DNA of 62,426 bases, filler included, from Hausera hauseri (Eukaryota): the NCBI GenBank assembly GCA_046269625.1. It is 12 parts of 12 records of this genome, joined end to end, with 100 filler letters (N's around TTAATTAATTAA, not from the genome) between each part and the next. Parts side by side here need not be neighbours in the genome. Positions count along the whole stretch, not along the records: positions 11,347 to 16,953 come from JBJURY010221963.1; positions 17,054 to 22,247 come from JBJURY010311055.1; positions 22,348 to 28,505 come from JBJURY010132761.1; 9 more parts are not named here. One strand, 5' to 3'. Within the stretch, counting starts at the first letter, position 1. Every line of letters starts with the position of its first letter. The position numbers were made by a program, and so were the translations under genes. The notes under the pieces are model-generated. The model searched no databases. It was not told the DNA's origin and worked only from the letters and a program-made list of their open reading frames with translations. Below, piece after piece: positions 11,721 through 23,873 of this stretch.

Positions 11721-14700
11721 CTGTAGGATGAGCTACCCCTTACATAACACATTCGTAAGACACTGGTACATATAAACAGTCATATAACAACACGACACCC
11801 TCATCTACCCTCATCTACCCTTATGAAAGCTTACAAGACGAAGAACAAGAAAACGGTAACCACATGGGGACAATAATATGATGACTTTGCAAGCCTACAA
11901 CAAATGACACACACCCAGCATAAACCCTTATCTAGGATTGCAAAACACCACTCGGCTTAAGGGGACAATAATACGCTGATATTATATAAAAAACACCCAC
12001 TTACCTACATATATATAACATCATTTAACAAATTAGAGGCATGAAACTGACACTGCTTGCTTTCACAACATAAGTAGGTGTTACCTGTCTTTTTCATAAT
12101 ACTACAATGGTTACATCATGTTCTTCATGGTTTGATAAAGATACCTTAAAGACTCACACTTCATAGCTCTTGTTTATGGTGTTACATGAATTCTGTGGTT
12201 TCCACTTACATCTTTACTTACTCAGTGCTTATTCTGCAGTTTTGTCACAGTGTTTTTTTAAAAGTATATATTCAGCAACTGAGTTAGAAAATTGTGCTCT
12301 TTTTTTGTTGGACATTAATTTGACAGTAGAAACATACAGGCTACGTTTTGTTTATCATGTGGTGATGTGAACTAAGGTACTGTATGATTGTGGCCTTACT
12401 GTATTTTCTGTAAAGAATATATTTTCTTTTAACAAACTGAATTTATTAAGTTATTTATTTTGTAATTGAAATATCATTGCATTCAATTCCATTTTGCTAG
12501 CTAATAACTTAATCTGGGTCCTTCAATAAACTATTTTTATATCAAATTTGAAGATATTCTGAAAAAACTTTGGCAATTCCACAATGCATATTTCTGACTA
12601 CAACTGAACATTTTGTATCACCAACTTCACCATGTAATAGCATCAAATAAAGCAAATACATTGAACACCTCATTTATTAATCTCCTTTTCAATATTGTTC
12701 AATGCAGTGTACTTCTTATTCTTATAATAAAATAAAATTCAGATTATTAAAGATTTATTTTGTCAGTATCTAGTGAATTATCATATATATAGTAGAATCC
12801 CACTAATCTAAACTAATTAGGACCAAGGCCTGTTCACATTAATCAGACTCAATGTTACATGTACTATTATTTTAAAAGTATAAAAAAAAAAACAGATTCT
12901 AAGAAGTCACTTATTTGATTATGTACTATGTTGAATTTTTATATACAAAATACTAAATTTCTGTTGGGTGTGAGGACACGTGGTAACCAATGTCCTTTGG
13001 AGAATCAAAATATGATTTCATTTATTATATGTTTATAATATGTTTGAAGTTAGTTTAGCATGAGCATGTGTACTCTGAGTAAATTATATGACAGGGAAAA
13101 AAGAAAAAAACTCCTGTTCTTAAGAAGCTGTTTGACAAAGTGGATTCCTTCAGACTTGTTGATTATTACTAGAAATCTTTATGCATATTAACATGAACAA
13201 ACAAATATAAAGTATTGCTCTTGTCTGAATTAAAAAAGTGAGAATTTTAAAGATCTCTTTATGTGCACAGAGAGATCAAATTAAGAAGAGATTATATATA
13301 TATATATAGTTTTTAATCTCTATGCATTAAACAAAACAAATCTAGCAACTGATTTTATTATAGTTCATTGTACAAGTGTTGGCTATACATGTTGTAACTC
13401 AGATATGTGTTTCATTTTTAATGGGTGATGCATTCATTATCTATAACTTCTCAATAATGTACAAAATTATAACAATATAATTTTTCTTCAACTTGTAACT
13501 AATGAAGCAATTTAATACTTGAAAAATTTTAATGTTTAGTAAATAGTGTGATAAAGTTGCTATCTATACTAAACAATATATTGGAGTCATACTTACAGTA
13601 GAATACAGAGCAGAGCAGTCCCAGTGCATCAAGAACAGATTTTTATGGGGGGGGGAGTTCCCCTGGATACCATAAAAGTACAATCCTTGAAGGGTAGCAG
13701 CAGCAGGCAATGGTATGGGAAGGCAAAGACTGGTGAAGCAGGGTGGGAGAAGGCGTGCATCGAAGAGAAGTGGTGAGAAGGCTGGCAAGATGGTATAGAT
13801 TTTTAATACATGGCCGGAAAAGTGCAGTTTGACTATTGTGAATCAGATATACTCACATATGCCAAACAGTACTCATTCAGCCTTGCTGAAGAATTCAAAA
13901 ATAAGCAAGGAAAGGACAATCCTAAAAAAAAAGCAGAAAACCTGAAACATTCAAACTTATCACTAAGTATAATTATTCATATATATATATGTGTGTGTGT
14001 ATCACAGATGCATGCCATCATAAATAGGATATATTTATTGAACATTAATACTACAATAAAATTCTGAAATGGAATATTTCAATTTGGTAGGATAACTTTA
14101 AATAAATCCATCATACAAAATTTGTACTTAGAAAACATATATATATATATATATATGAAGTTTGTATTGAATTTTAGAAATTTAAATTTAGAAATGTAAG
14201 GAAGAGAATTTCAGCTGAATTTCTAAGGACCTCAAGATACCAAAATAACATTTTATTTTATGCTGTGCATCAGCAAAAATATATGACTTATGACCATATT
14301 TTAACTATAAGTTACTGCTTAAATGTTGTGAATTTTTTCAGAACTTTATTTCTGAATGGTCTGTATTGATATTGCAAGTCATTCTGAAGATTGTTACAAA
14401 TGTTTAGCACTAAATTTGGATGCAAAGGGGCACATTTTATACTCAAATACTGCAAAATGTCTTGGTCTCGAGTATTTTAGTTTATTGTCCTATATTATAT
14501 AAACAAAATACTTCACTTCTAATAAATAAAAGTATGAGAAACATATCAAAATAGAATACATGTAATAATTAATATATGGAATTAAATATATTCTTTGAGA
14601 AGAATATTAAATAAAAATACACCCAAAAGCACATTTAAAATTTGTAACTTTTTTTTTTTTGTATCAGACAGCTATAATAGTTCTTGTTAGACATTAAGTT

Positions 14701-15539
14701 ATTTAAGCTCCAAATTTCCTGAATATTTTGTTACTGGGCCACTGAAAGGTAATGAACCCTATCCCCTGGGATAATTATTAGAATTTATAATTATAGTTTC
14801 TTAACAAGAAGCAAACAAACAATCAAGCTTTTCATTACCATGCAAAAAAAATCCCCCATAATTTATTTTCTTTGTTTACTATAATACTGTACAATTTGTT
14901 GCTGTATGATAGAGAAGTGACTCTATAATTTTAAAAAATCACAATAACTAGATATATTATGTAAATGAATGCTTGTTTTGTCAGTGAGCCAGTTTTTTTT
15001 TTCTTTTACTTCATTGCTACCAGAAACATTATTTGTTTACATGACTGACTTATCAGTAAAAGACAGACATATACCTCTCTGCACTATACATTCAATTAAT
15101 TTGGCAGAATTTAACTTTTCAGCAAATTGAACCACTGTCCACTGTTCAACTTTCCCAACATTAAAACACAGTATGAAACAAGCACAAATTAACGACATAT
15201 TGAAAGGAATACTTAATGCAGAAAAACTCTTCAGATGCATTCCCAAAGCTGTATTTTATATAACAGTTAATCGGTAGCTTATTCCTAAATTTTTAAAATA
15301 TACAGTTTGTGTTAAATAATAATCTTGTAAAAACAATTGAGTGTATACAACATACCTGAATTTCTAATGAATAACCAGTATGAGAGACTTTCATTACTGC
15401 CTCTCGCGATTGCCGAAAATGATGTCGGAACTGAGATTCATTCATTTCGAATAGATTTAATCATCTTCAATTTTCGTTTTAACGTTGTAATAGCCAAAAT
15501 TTCATCAATCTTCGATGTTTTCAATGTATTTCGTAGACT

Positions 15540-15780
15540 TACGAGTAGGGGATGTAGTTCGCAGCATCCATTTCGTAATTAGGAACTTCATAGTGCTCAA
15601 GTGGCAACGGCAATTGGGGTTTTAGGACGTGTCTAGGCATCCGGCCGGCAGCCGGTTCCGTAGACACACCCGTGTTACTCGTCTACGCTGCCGGCCGGTC
15701 ATATGACGTCATAAACGCGCCAAAGTCGGTGGTGGGCTACAGGATAAGAGAATTTATCGCCCACATTGGCGCTATTCTAG
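15540..15780 (-). promoter_or_regulatory. CpG-rich putative promoter and first exon of an unidentified gene
   Basis: Local GC/CpG island in an otherwise CpG-poor contig. Palindromic CRE TGACGTCA at 15704-15711. Minus-strand ATG-GAT-GCT...TAC-TC is followed by a GTAAGT donor near 15540. Confidence 0.35.
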
Positions 15781-16364
15781 GGAGTTTTTTTTTTTTTCTA
15801 AGATATGATTCTTTGAACCTCTCTATGGAGCTCAATCGTTCTAGAGTTGGACTGTTTTATCTAAGCACTGTTATCTGGCATTCAGTCTCAGTGTTACGAT
15901 TGAACTTCTAAATTAAATTCTAGAGAATATAAAATATTGAATTAAATATGTCTTTATTTTAATTATTTCTTCATCAGTACTTGTTATATTATGTATATTA
16001 AAAACACACTGAATTAGCATTCTTGTTAAAATAAATATTGGAATGTATGGTTTCAAGAAGCAGGACCTCACAGATTTTTATTTATAATAAAAAAAATAAA
16101 ACTTCAAGGTACAATGTAAAAATTTCTCCTTTCAAACAGTTAGTTATATAAATGGAAGTTATTAGAAAAACTCCTAGAAAAAATTCATTTTAAAATGAAC
16201 TGCAATTTTATTTTTAAAATATGTCTCTTTTAATTTATCACTGTATGTATGTAGGGGGAGGGGGAACAGGTATCGTTTAAACTATTCATTAATATAAATC
16301 TCTTAAAATAAATTCATATATTTCTTGATTTAGCCAACATATTTGACCGTATCATAATCAGACC

Positions 16365-16612
16365 TCGTGTAATCGTAATCGTGTAATCGTAATCGATTAC
16401 AATCGATTACAAAATGTTGTGTAATCGTAATCTAATCATAATCCAAAATTTTGGATGCACTGTAATCGTAATCATAATCATAATCCAAAATTCTGGATAC
16501 CCTGTAATCGCAATCGTAATCGTAATCTGAGATTTTCGGTGGCCTGTAATCGTAATCGTAATCTAATAGACCACTGTAATCGCACCGATTACAACCGATT
16601 ACGAGGCGATTA
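16365..16612. repeat. (TAATCG)n-based repeat with inverted CGATTAC blocks, probable non-autonomous element
   Basis: Multiple TGTAATCGTAATC units about 40 nt apart, with reverse-complement CGATTAC(A) units near both ends. Confidence 0.7.
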
Positions 16613-19600
16613 CGGCATTATTTTGTTGTTTGTCTTCCGCAATCTTGCCCCTACTTTTTCGACTTTAGATTTCTTCTCTTTGGGGGTGGGTTTACTACAA
16701 GGATTCCTCCGTGAAGGAAGATAAGGCAGTTTCCGAGAAATGATATAATTCATGACTCCCTCTAACTATGGGGGGTGGGGAGGAGTGAGAGGAAGTCCGA
16801 AACAACTTGTCGGACATCGGGTCTCCGTTTCTTTGTGATACTGATAGCTATGTGTGGGGTAAAGGGCTCCATTCGTATTTTTACTTCGAAAGGTTACGTG
16901 AAGTTGAAATGGCTAAAAGAAATTTACACGTTTTTCGAATAGCCTAGCTCTGANNNNNNNNNNNNNNNNNNNNNNNNNNNNNNNNNNNNNNNNNNNNTTA
17001 ATTAATTAANNNNNNNNNNNNNNNNNNNNNNNNNNNNNNNNNNNNNNNNNNNNCTTTCCTGGCCCAAATTCTCCATATTTTTTGGTGAGGTTTCACACCC
17101 CTGGCCTTCAGAATCTTCTGCGTCTATTGGCGTTTCTTTCTTGTTAAAATTTTTACCCATTACCATAAAAATTAGCGTCTTTGAATTTGTCCGTATCAGG
17201 ACATTTTGGACACTAATTCTACAATTCATTATTTCTAATTTACAAAATTATCAATAATTTCAATATTTATTCATTTCTCCTTGCAATTAGCTGCTAAGCA
17301 GCTTATATCCTTTCTATATATTTATATTATATATATATATATACTGCTTGGCATTTTTTGATACTGACTGAAGAAGCCATCGAACATAATGCAAAGGATT
17401 TTGATGGAGTTCGAGTGCGGTTTCTTCCAGAGCCGAACAGAGTCTATCGTAGTACGTTGTTCTTTGTGGCTCCTTTGTATTTTGTGATAAGTCGAACGGT
17501 ATCACGAGTTCATGCAAAATTTTAATACTTTCATTGGGCAGTTGAAAATATTTTAACTCGAGATACAACGTCAATGAATCGTTCCAAATCCTTTGTTAAA
17601 GTAGCATCATTCGATAAATCTTGGATCAGCATTCCATGCTGATACGTTTTTAGCACCAACAACAACGGCCATATTCAGATAACTGATTCTTTTAGCTCTT
17701 TCAGTGACAGGTTAGACTTTTCTCCTTTTATGAGACAACTGCAAAATTCCTTCATTACAAGTTCTAGAATTGCTATTTTTCTTCCTTCTGCTATGCATTT
17801 GTCAAACAGATCTAAATGATTGATTATTTCAAGAAATAATCAATCATTATTATTAATTTATTCTCTACTATAATATTTATAATTATCATTTAAACAAGAT
17901 GCATATTAAGCTTATGGATAAGTACCATGAATTTCTGGCTGTTACAATACGAATATTTCCAATTATCTGATTTTAGTTGCACATGCAACGAGATATGCCA
18001 TCGCTAAATTCAAGGTTATAGTTTGTTTTAACTTGCTAATTTAATCGATTTAGATTAAATACAAAACAAAAAACAAACTACAACATTGAATGTTACGCCT
18101 GTCATAGGACACATTGAACTATGAATTCCAATAAATTTCAAAACAAAAATTGAAAATATATTTTTTTGAAAAATCGACTAAATTTACTTTGTTCTTGTTG
18201 AAAACTTTTATCGAACCAAGGTCGAATATTTCGAGGAAATGATTTCTGTCGAATTGACTGTGATTGTAATAACTGGATAGTTTGATCTGTCATCAATTCC
18301 GCTAGATTTGCCCTTTCTTCAATGACCTTCGATTTTTCCAAAATGGAAGCTGACGGATGGCAGAAAAATGCTTTGTTAATTGCAGCTCGGGCTTTAATCA
18401 TTTCGTCTTTGACTTTCTGTAAATCCTGACTTCGTTTCAAATCGAACAGTGAAAGATAAACGTCCGAATTTCGGAACTGGGAATTTAAATAATTATTAGA
18501 CGTTTCTAAACAAGTCTGAGGCATTTTAATATCCAAATCGGGTTGCTGTTGGTAGGTAAAATATCTCCTGGAATGAGTTGAATGGAGAAAATCTAAATAA
18601 ACGATTTATACTTATTATGGAAAAGGATCGGATTGAAATAAGAATAAAAATCAATGTTGGACGTGAAATTGACAAAGGATTTGATGGGGCTGATTGCAGA
18701 ATCTTGTTGAAGGTCTCGTTTATGATTGTACGATCTTGGAGCTCGTTCGTGCTGAACTGCTGGAAATATTGAAATAAACTAAAATATATATACACTAAAA
18801 ATTTAAAAATAATTTCTTAAAAATTTCCCTTCATTTGGTTAAAGACGTGGATCATTCAACTAACATAACTGCTGAGTCATGTAGTCACGTGTAATAATTT
18901 GATATGTCCTTGTTTTAATTGTCAGTGACCCGCATATAACTGTAAATTATTATGTGTGACTACAACTTTAGTTAAGTTCGATTTGATTATTGATTCATTT
19001 CATTACGTAACTTAATTTTAGTTTGTATGTGACTACGTGACTCACACGGAAAAATAACTTACTGTTAGTCAGAGTTTCACAAGTTCTACTAGTACAAAAT
19101 TTTATTCTGATTAGTAATATGAAAGCATTTCTGCAAAATGGGCTTCTGAATGTTACGTCATTTTGCAATTCTTCAATTTTCCCCCTAACAAGCAAAGGAA
19201 TTTTGAAATTTCATAAAATTTTCGTTTCCCCTTTTTCAACCAATATTTTATCGTGCACAGAATTCCAATTTGTCATTCATGTTATGTCAAAGTAAAATGT
19301 ATTCGTCTAATTATCAGTTACATCACTAATATTTCTTTCTATAAAAATATTAACTTTACACATTAATTACGAGAATATTACATATAGATTACCCATCTTA
19401 TGTACAAATTACATTTATTACCTACATTACCTCACTTTAAATATATACTTTTCCTAAGGTATTGATTTTATTGATTAATGAATTGATATACTGATTATTA
19501 CGTACTTTATATTTACCTATATTGTAGTAAGTTTAATGCATTTTAGTAAGGGAAAAAAGAAGAGTCTGGCATAAGGGGGGGGTACGCCTATGAGAATCAC

Positions 19601-19930
19601 TTGACCAACTGCGTTCGAATAACGTGGTTATCTGTCAATTGGCACATGCCGAATTTGATGGTGTAGAGTATGTCGCCGCAGCACTAAAAGCAAATCCAGA
19701 AAATGCAAAAGAAAAAAAACAACTTCTTCCAGAAGCAAAATCTGAGCAGACAGATGAGTGAAATTGTATTTTGATGTTCGGGCGTTCGGAATATATGCAT
19801 AACGTCTGGGTTGGGTAATTCGGTTAGGCGGGAAATTCTGTCAAAAAGAAGAGGTGGGACCTGTGTGACTGTATGAAATGTGTTGGCGCAAAGTCGTTCA
19901 TGGTTTTGCGAGTCGCGTGACAATCACGTG

Positions 19931-20503
19931 AGTAGGTAGAAGCGAGCTGTCCACCGCACTTTTCTGATTGGTCCGCGACTAGTTTTCCCCATCTGATTAA
20001 CTGTTCTGAACATTTTACTAAAATTTTCACACGACCCCCCCAGAAAATGAGGTCGAGCAAAGAGGTTCGGACCAGGTGATATCTGTAGCTCGTAACGAGA
20101 TGAGCAAAAGTTAACAGAGGTGCGGCTTACAGAAATGTAAAGGAGAGGCGCTAGAAGAAGAAGCAAAACAGGAAATGCTCCACGTGTAACGCGAAACATG
20201 TTGCTAGCACTGAGAAAATGTGTACAAGGGGTCAATCGATATTGGCAATTGCAATTGACACTGTTGCAAGTCGGTCAGACCATGGGAACATGGGGAAAAT
20301 CGATGGTAAAATTTCAAACGGGTAAAATTTCCCCATGTTCAAGTCTGTTGGTGATGGAAATTGGTCTAGTACCTTGCCATAAGCTGGGGAAAATTTCATA
20401 TTATAGGCGCCTCACGGTCAGACCAATGATTCGGGGTGAAAAATGAAATCAAACGAACGAACCAACCAACCAAAAAGCGCAATGTTAAAGTCAAAATCAT
20501 CAT
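19931..20503 (+). repeat. Head element copy B (diverged)
   Basis: Starts AGTAGGTAGAAG and shares the 3'-half blocks with copies A and C. Contains AACGAACGAACC, the inverse of TTCG. Confidence 0.7.
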
Positions 20504-21112
20504 AGTAGGTAGAAGTGCCTTCTCCTAACCACTTCCCAAAAGGTGCTCAGATAGAGATGGAAACCAGTTTTCTCCACCTATCTCGCAATTGTGAGTATTT
20601 CATGTTTTGTGGTCGGAGACCCCCTCCAGCCGGAAGCACGTCACATGTCGCACATTTCACCGTCGGAAATCGGTAAAGCTAGATGAGGCGAGAAAAATTT
20701 TCTAGAGCGACGAGAGTCGAAAATATTACTAGGCAGCGCTAGAAGCAAAAGAAGCAAAAGAGGAAATGTTTTATGAGAAACGAGACACGAATTATGAATT
20801 GTGCAATGTTTGGTGCAAAAGTCAAATCAATGTCGGGGAATCGAATGCGCACAATTCCAACGTTGTCTGACCATGGGAACATGGGGAAAAATCGATGGGG
20901 AAATTTCAAACTCTAAAAATTTCCCATTGTTCAAGTCTGCTAGTTGTGGAAATGGGTTGAGCACGTAGCCCTTAAGTAGTTTAGCATTTCTATTATAGCC
21001 GCCTCACAATCAGACCAATGGATCCCGGTGAAAAATGCAACAAAGACACATTGTTAAAAAGTCAAAATCATTATCATCATCGTTGTAAATGCGTTCGTTC
21101 GTTCGTTCGTTT
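20504..21112 (+). repeat. Head element copy C plus short (TTCG)n tail
   Basis: Starts AGTAGGTAGAAG, collinear with 924-1484, ends TTGTAAATGCGTTCGTTCGTTCGTTCG. Confidence 0.85.
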
Positions 21113-21269
21113 TGTAAAAAGTCGTGTAAATTTTATTTTGTACGACGAACTCATAATTGAGTACTACTACTACTCAGAAGGAGAATGATTGTGACATTAT
21201 TTCTCATGATTTGTTCGCCCTTTGGTACACAAAACAACAGCAATAAAATAATACACATTTCACAAAAGT

Positions 21270-21600
21270 GATTGTAATGTTAGCCACAATAAGCAGTAAT
21301 GCCCACATAGTATAGTCATTGGATGTTGATAATGAACTCGATTATATTCAACACGGTATGATGATTGCCGTTCAATTTAAGAAACTAACGATGACGGATA
21401 GTAAAATCCGAGCGGATTGAATACTCTTACGACGTTGGTCGAATGGTGGACGTACACAGCAATCCAGTGTTCGCCCGGCAACGATGAAGTGTGTGTATTG
21501 ACAATAAAGCCACTAGTTTGTCGTAAATCATGCGTCACACAGTCCAGTGGAAACACGCCACGAAATTTCACGCCCAAGAGCAGTTTTCCGTAGTGACTTA
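21270..21600 (-). pseudogene. Polinton adenain-type cysteine protease, frameshifted
   Basis: FRGVFPLD, IVNT...PGEHWIAV, then in another frame VEYN...YQHPMTILCGHYCLLWL. Confidence 0.85.
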
Positions 21601-21696
21601 GCTCGCTGGAGCCAAATGTGAATTAAGTATGATAGTAATAATAGTAATAAATTACTTCATAGTACGACGAAGAAGTGAGACACAGCAGATTTTATT

Positions 21697-22247
21697 TATA
21701 CAATGACAATTCCGTTTTTCGTTATTTCAACCTCGGCTTCAAATACACCGTAAATGTACATCACGGTAGATTACTCCAACGCTTTAGCAAAGTGAACCTC
21801 CAGTTGTAGGTTTCCCTGCTGAGATAGTTGAGTCTGTTCAACGTCATAATCCGGAGCTAGGAAAAATCTGAAGATGGACTTGAACAAATCCATCGATATG
21901 CCATTGTTGACATTTTTGTTGAGCAAACCCATGTTGCGCACGATAGATTGCATATATGTGCAAACGTAATGACCGGTGTCGAAATCCTACTTGTATGTCT
22001 CAACAAAATCAGCATTCCGACTCAAACTGATGTAATTCAAACAGCTATGGGTAAACGTTTTCGAATCGGTCGCATAACTGTCCGTTTGTTGAATAGTCCT
22101 TTGAAATGTAACGAGAACACATTATGGCAATCGCATGTCGCCAAACAGTGCGTCCTTGTAAAACGTTGTCGAACCTTTGGGTATGGTGTAAAACACGAGT
22201 TCTGTGCGTTGTATCGGGTAACAGGCATTTTGTGTTTCCAAGCCCAA
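21697..22247 (-). pseudogene. Polinton major capsid protein, C-terminal remnant
   Basis: LAPD...QQGNLQLEVHFAKALE*STVMYIYGVFEAEVEITK aligns by eye with the end of the intact capsid at 25036-26340. Same capsid-then-protease order. Confidence 0.85.
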
Positions 22248-22365
22248 NNNNNNNNNNNNNNNNNNNNNNNNNNNNNNNNNNNNNNNNNNNNTTAATTAAT
22301 TAANNNNNNNNNNNNNNNNNNNNNNNNNNNNNNNNNNNNNNNNNNNNTTTTTTAGACTGCTTGAG

Positions 22366-22529
22366 GTCGCTGCTGGCGCCCTCTGGTGGATAAAAAGGGA
22401 ACTTCTTATTTTTGGTGCGTAGCATTGCATAAACAATAGAGGGTAAATTAAAATTAATTAATTAATAAGTTATTATATATAATTGCGGGACTTAGAATTT
22501 TTCAAGTCGCTGCTGGTGCCCTCTCGTGG
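22366..22529 (-). promoter_or_regulatory. Two CTCF-like motifs in a 24-nt direct repeat, 140 nt apart
   Basis: GCGCCCTCTGGTGG at 22376-22389 (reverse complement CCACCAGAGGGCGC) and GTGCCCTCTCGTGG at 22516-22529, each preceded by GTCGCTGCTG. Confidence 0.6.
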
Positions 22530-22582
22530 TTGAAAAAGAGATATAAAAAAGGGGGTTGTCTGTTTTTTATTTAGTTGTTGAG

Positions 22583-22753
22583 ATGCCATCGACGCAAGAA
22601 GTAATCAGCGTGCTGTGTTTATACGCGTTTTTAGCTGGCATTTTTGTACTGATTTACGTGTTGACAGGAAGTGAAAAATTAGCGGTGGATTTTATTTTAC
22701 GTTTCAACGATACTGGAAATTTATTTTTTCTACGTCGGAATGTTACGTTTTAA
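22583..22753 (+). CDS. Small predicted single-pass membrane protein (56 aa)
   Basis: MPSTQEVISVLCLYAFLAGIFVLIYVLTG hydrophobic run. Preceded by TATAAAAA (22542) and TTAGT (22571). Confidence 0.5.
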   Translation: MPSTQEVISVLCLYAFLAGIFVLIYVLTGSEKLAVDFILRFNDTGNLFFLRRNVTF

Positions 22754-22788
22754 ATGCACTGTGAGGAATAATTATATTTCGCGTGACA

Positions 22789-23829
22789 ATGAAGAAAGCG
22801 TACCTAGATCCAAGTCACCCGGCAAGTTATGCTGGCTCAAATGTCTTTTACCGTGCATTGCAAAGAAAAGTGCCAGAGAAAGAGATTCGAAATTGGTTAA
22901 GTGGCGTGGACGCCTACACCTTGCACAAACCTGCGCGTCGAAATTTCCCGACGAACCGCGTGATTGTGTATTCGATCGATCAGCAATGGCAAGCGGATTT
23001 GGTGGACATGCAAGCGTTGCAAAAATTTAATAAGGGGTATCGATACATACTCACCTGCATCGACATTTTATCGAAGTATGCGTGGGCGATTCCCCTCAAG
23101 TCCAAGCGAGGGGAGGACATTACTAAAGCCTTTCAACAGATATTTTTAGAGCGCAAGCCCCAATCGCTGCAAACAGATCAAGGAACTGAATTTAAAAATG
23201 CAACTTTTCAAAAATTGTTAAAACAGCAAGGGATACGATTTTTCACGACGTTTAACACAACTAAAGCCTCGATTGTCGAGCGTTTTAACAGAACTCTGAA
23301 AACGAGGATGTGGAAATATTTTACGCAACACTCTACTTATAATTATTTGGATGTGCTCGATCAACTGACGTACAGTTATAACCGTACGATGCATAGCAGC
23401 ATTCAGAGGACCCCCGCCGACGTGCATGCGGGGAACGAGCGAGACGTATGGTTCACCCTGTATGGTGACTTACAGGATGCCAAGCGCAAACCCTGTACCT
23501 TTCAGGTGGGGGATACGGTGCGTGTTTCCAAGCATAAACTCACCTTTGAAAAAGGATATGAAAGCAACTGGTCCGAGGAACTGTTTAAAGTGACCGAGTG
23601 CGTGCCGCGCGACCCCCCTGTGTACCGGATCAAGGACCTGATGGACGAACCTATTCAGGGAACGTTTTATGCGCAGGAACTGCAAAAAGTGCAAGCCAAG
23701 GAAGAGTTTGTGGTGGAAAAAATATTAAAAAGGCGTACGAAGAACGGGCGCGAAGAATATCTTGTAAAATACCGGGGATATCCCGCCAAATTTAATCAGT
23801 GGGTGACGGATGTATTTAAACTATCCTAA
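22789..23829 (+). CDS. Polinton retroviral-type (rve) integrase with C-terminal chromodomain
   Basis: DDE triad WQADLVD / LQTDQGTEF / IVERFNRTLK; NWSEELF; chromodomain VEKILK...YLVKYRGYPAKFNQWV. ATG at 22789 preferred over GTG at 22783. Confidence 0.95.
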   Translation: MKKAYLDPSHPASYAGSNVFYRALQRKVPEKEIRNWLSGVDAYTLHKPARRNFPTNRVIVYSIDQQWQADLVDMQALQKFNKGYRYILTCIDILSKYAWAIPLKSKRGEDITKAFQQIFLERKPQSLQTDQGTEFKNATFQKLLKQQGIRFFTTFNTTKASIVERFNRTLKTRMWKYFTQHSTYNYLDVLDQLTYSYNRTMHSSIQRTPADVHAGNERDVWFTLYGDLQDAKRKPCTFQVGDTVRVSKHKLTFEKGYESNWSEELFKVTECVPRDPPVYRIKDLMDEPIQGTFYAQELQKVQAKEEFVVEKILKRRTKNGREEYLVKYRGYPAKFNQWVTDVFKLS

Positions 23830-23831
23830 CC

Positions 23832-23866
23832 TATAAATAAAGCTGTCACGACCTACCTCCATCAGT
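23832..23866 (+). promoter_or_regulatory. TATA + initiator core promoter for the capsid block
   Basis: TATAAATA at 23832, TCAGT at 23862, ATG at 23874. Overlaps AATAAA at 23836 just after the integrase stop. Confidence 0.65.
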
Positions 23867-23873
23867 TGCTACG

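Noticed and set aside
17054-18800. Minus-strand coding-like fragments (17314-17574, 18138-18795)
   Set aside because: Possibly exons or pseudogene pieces, but I recognise no family and cannot build a consistent splice model.
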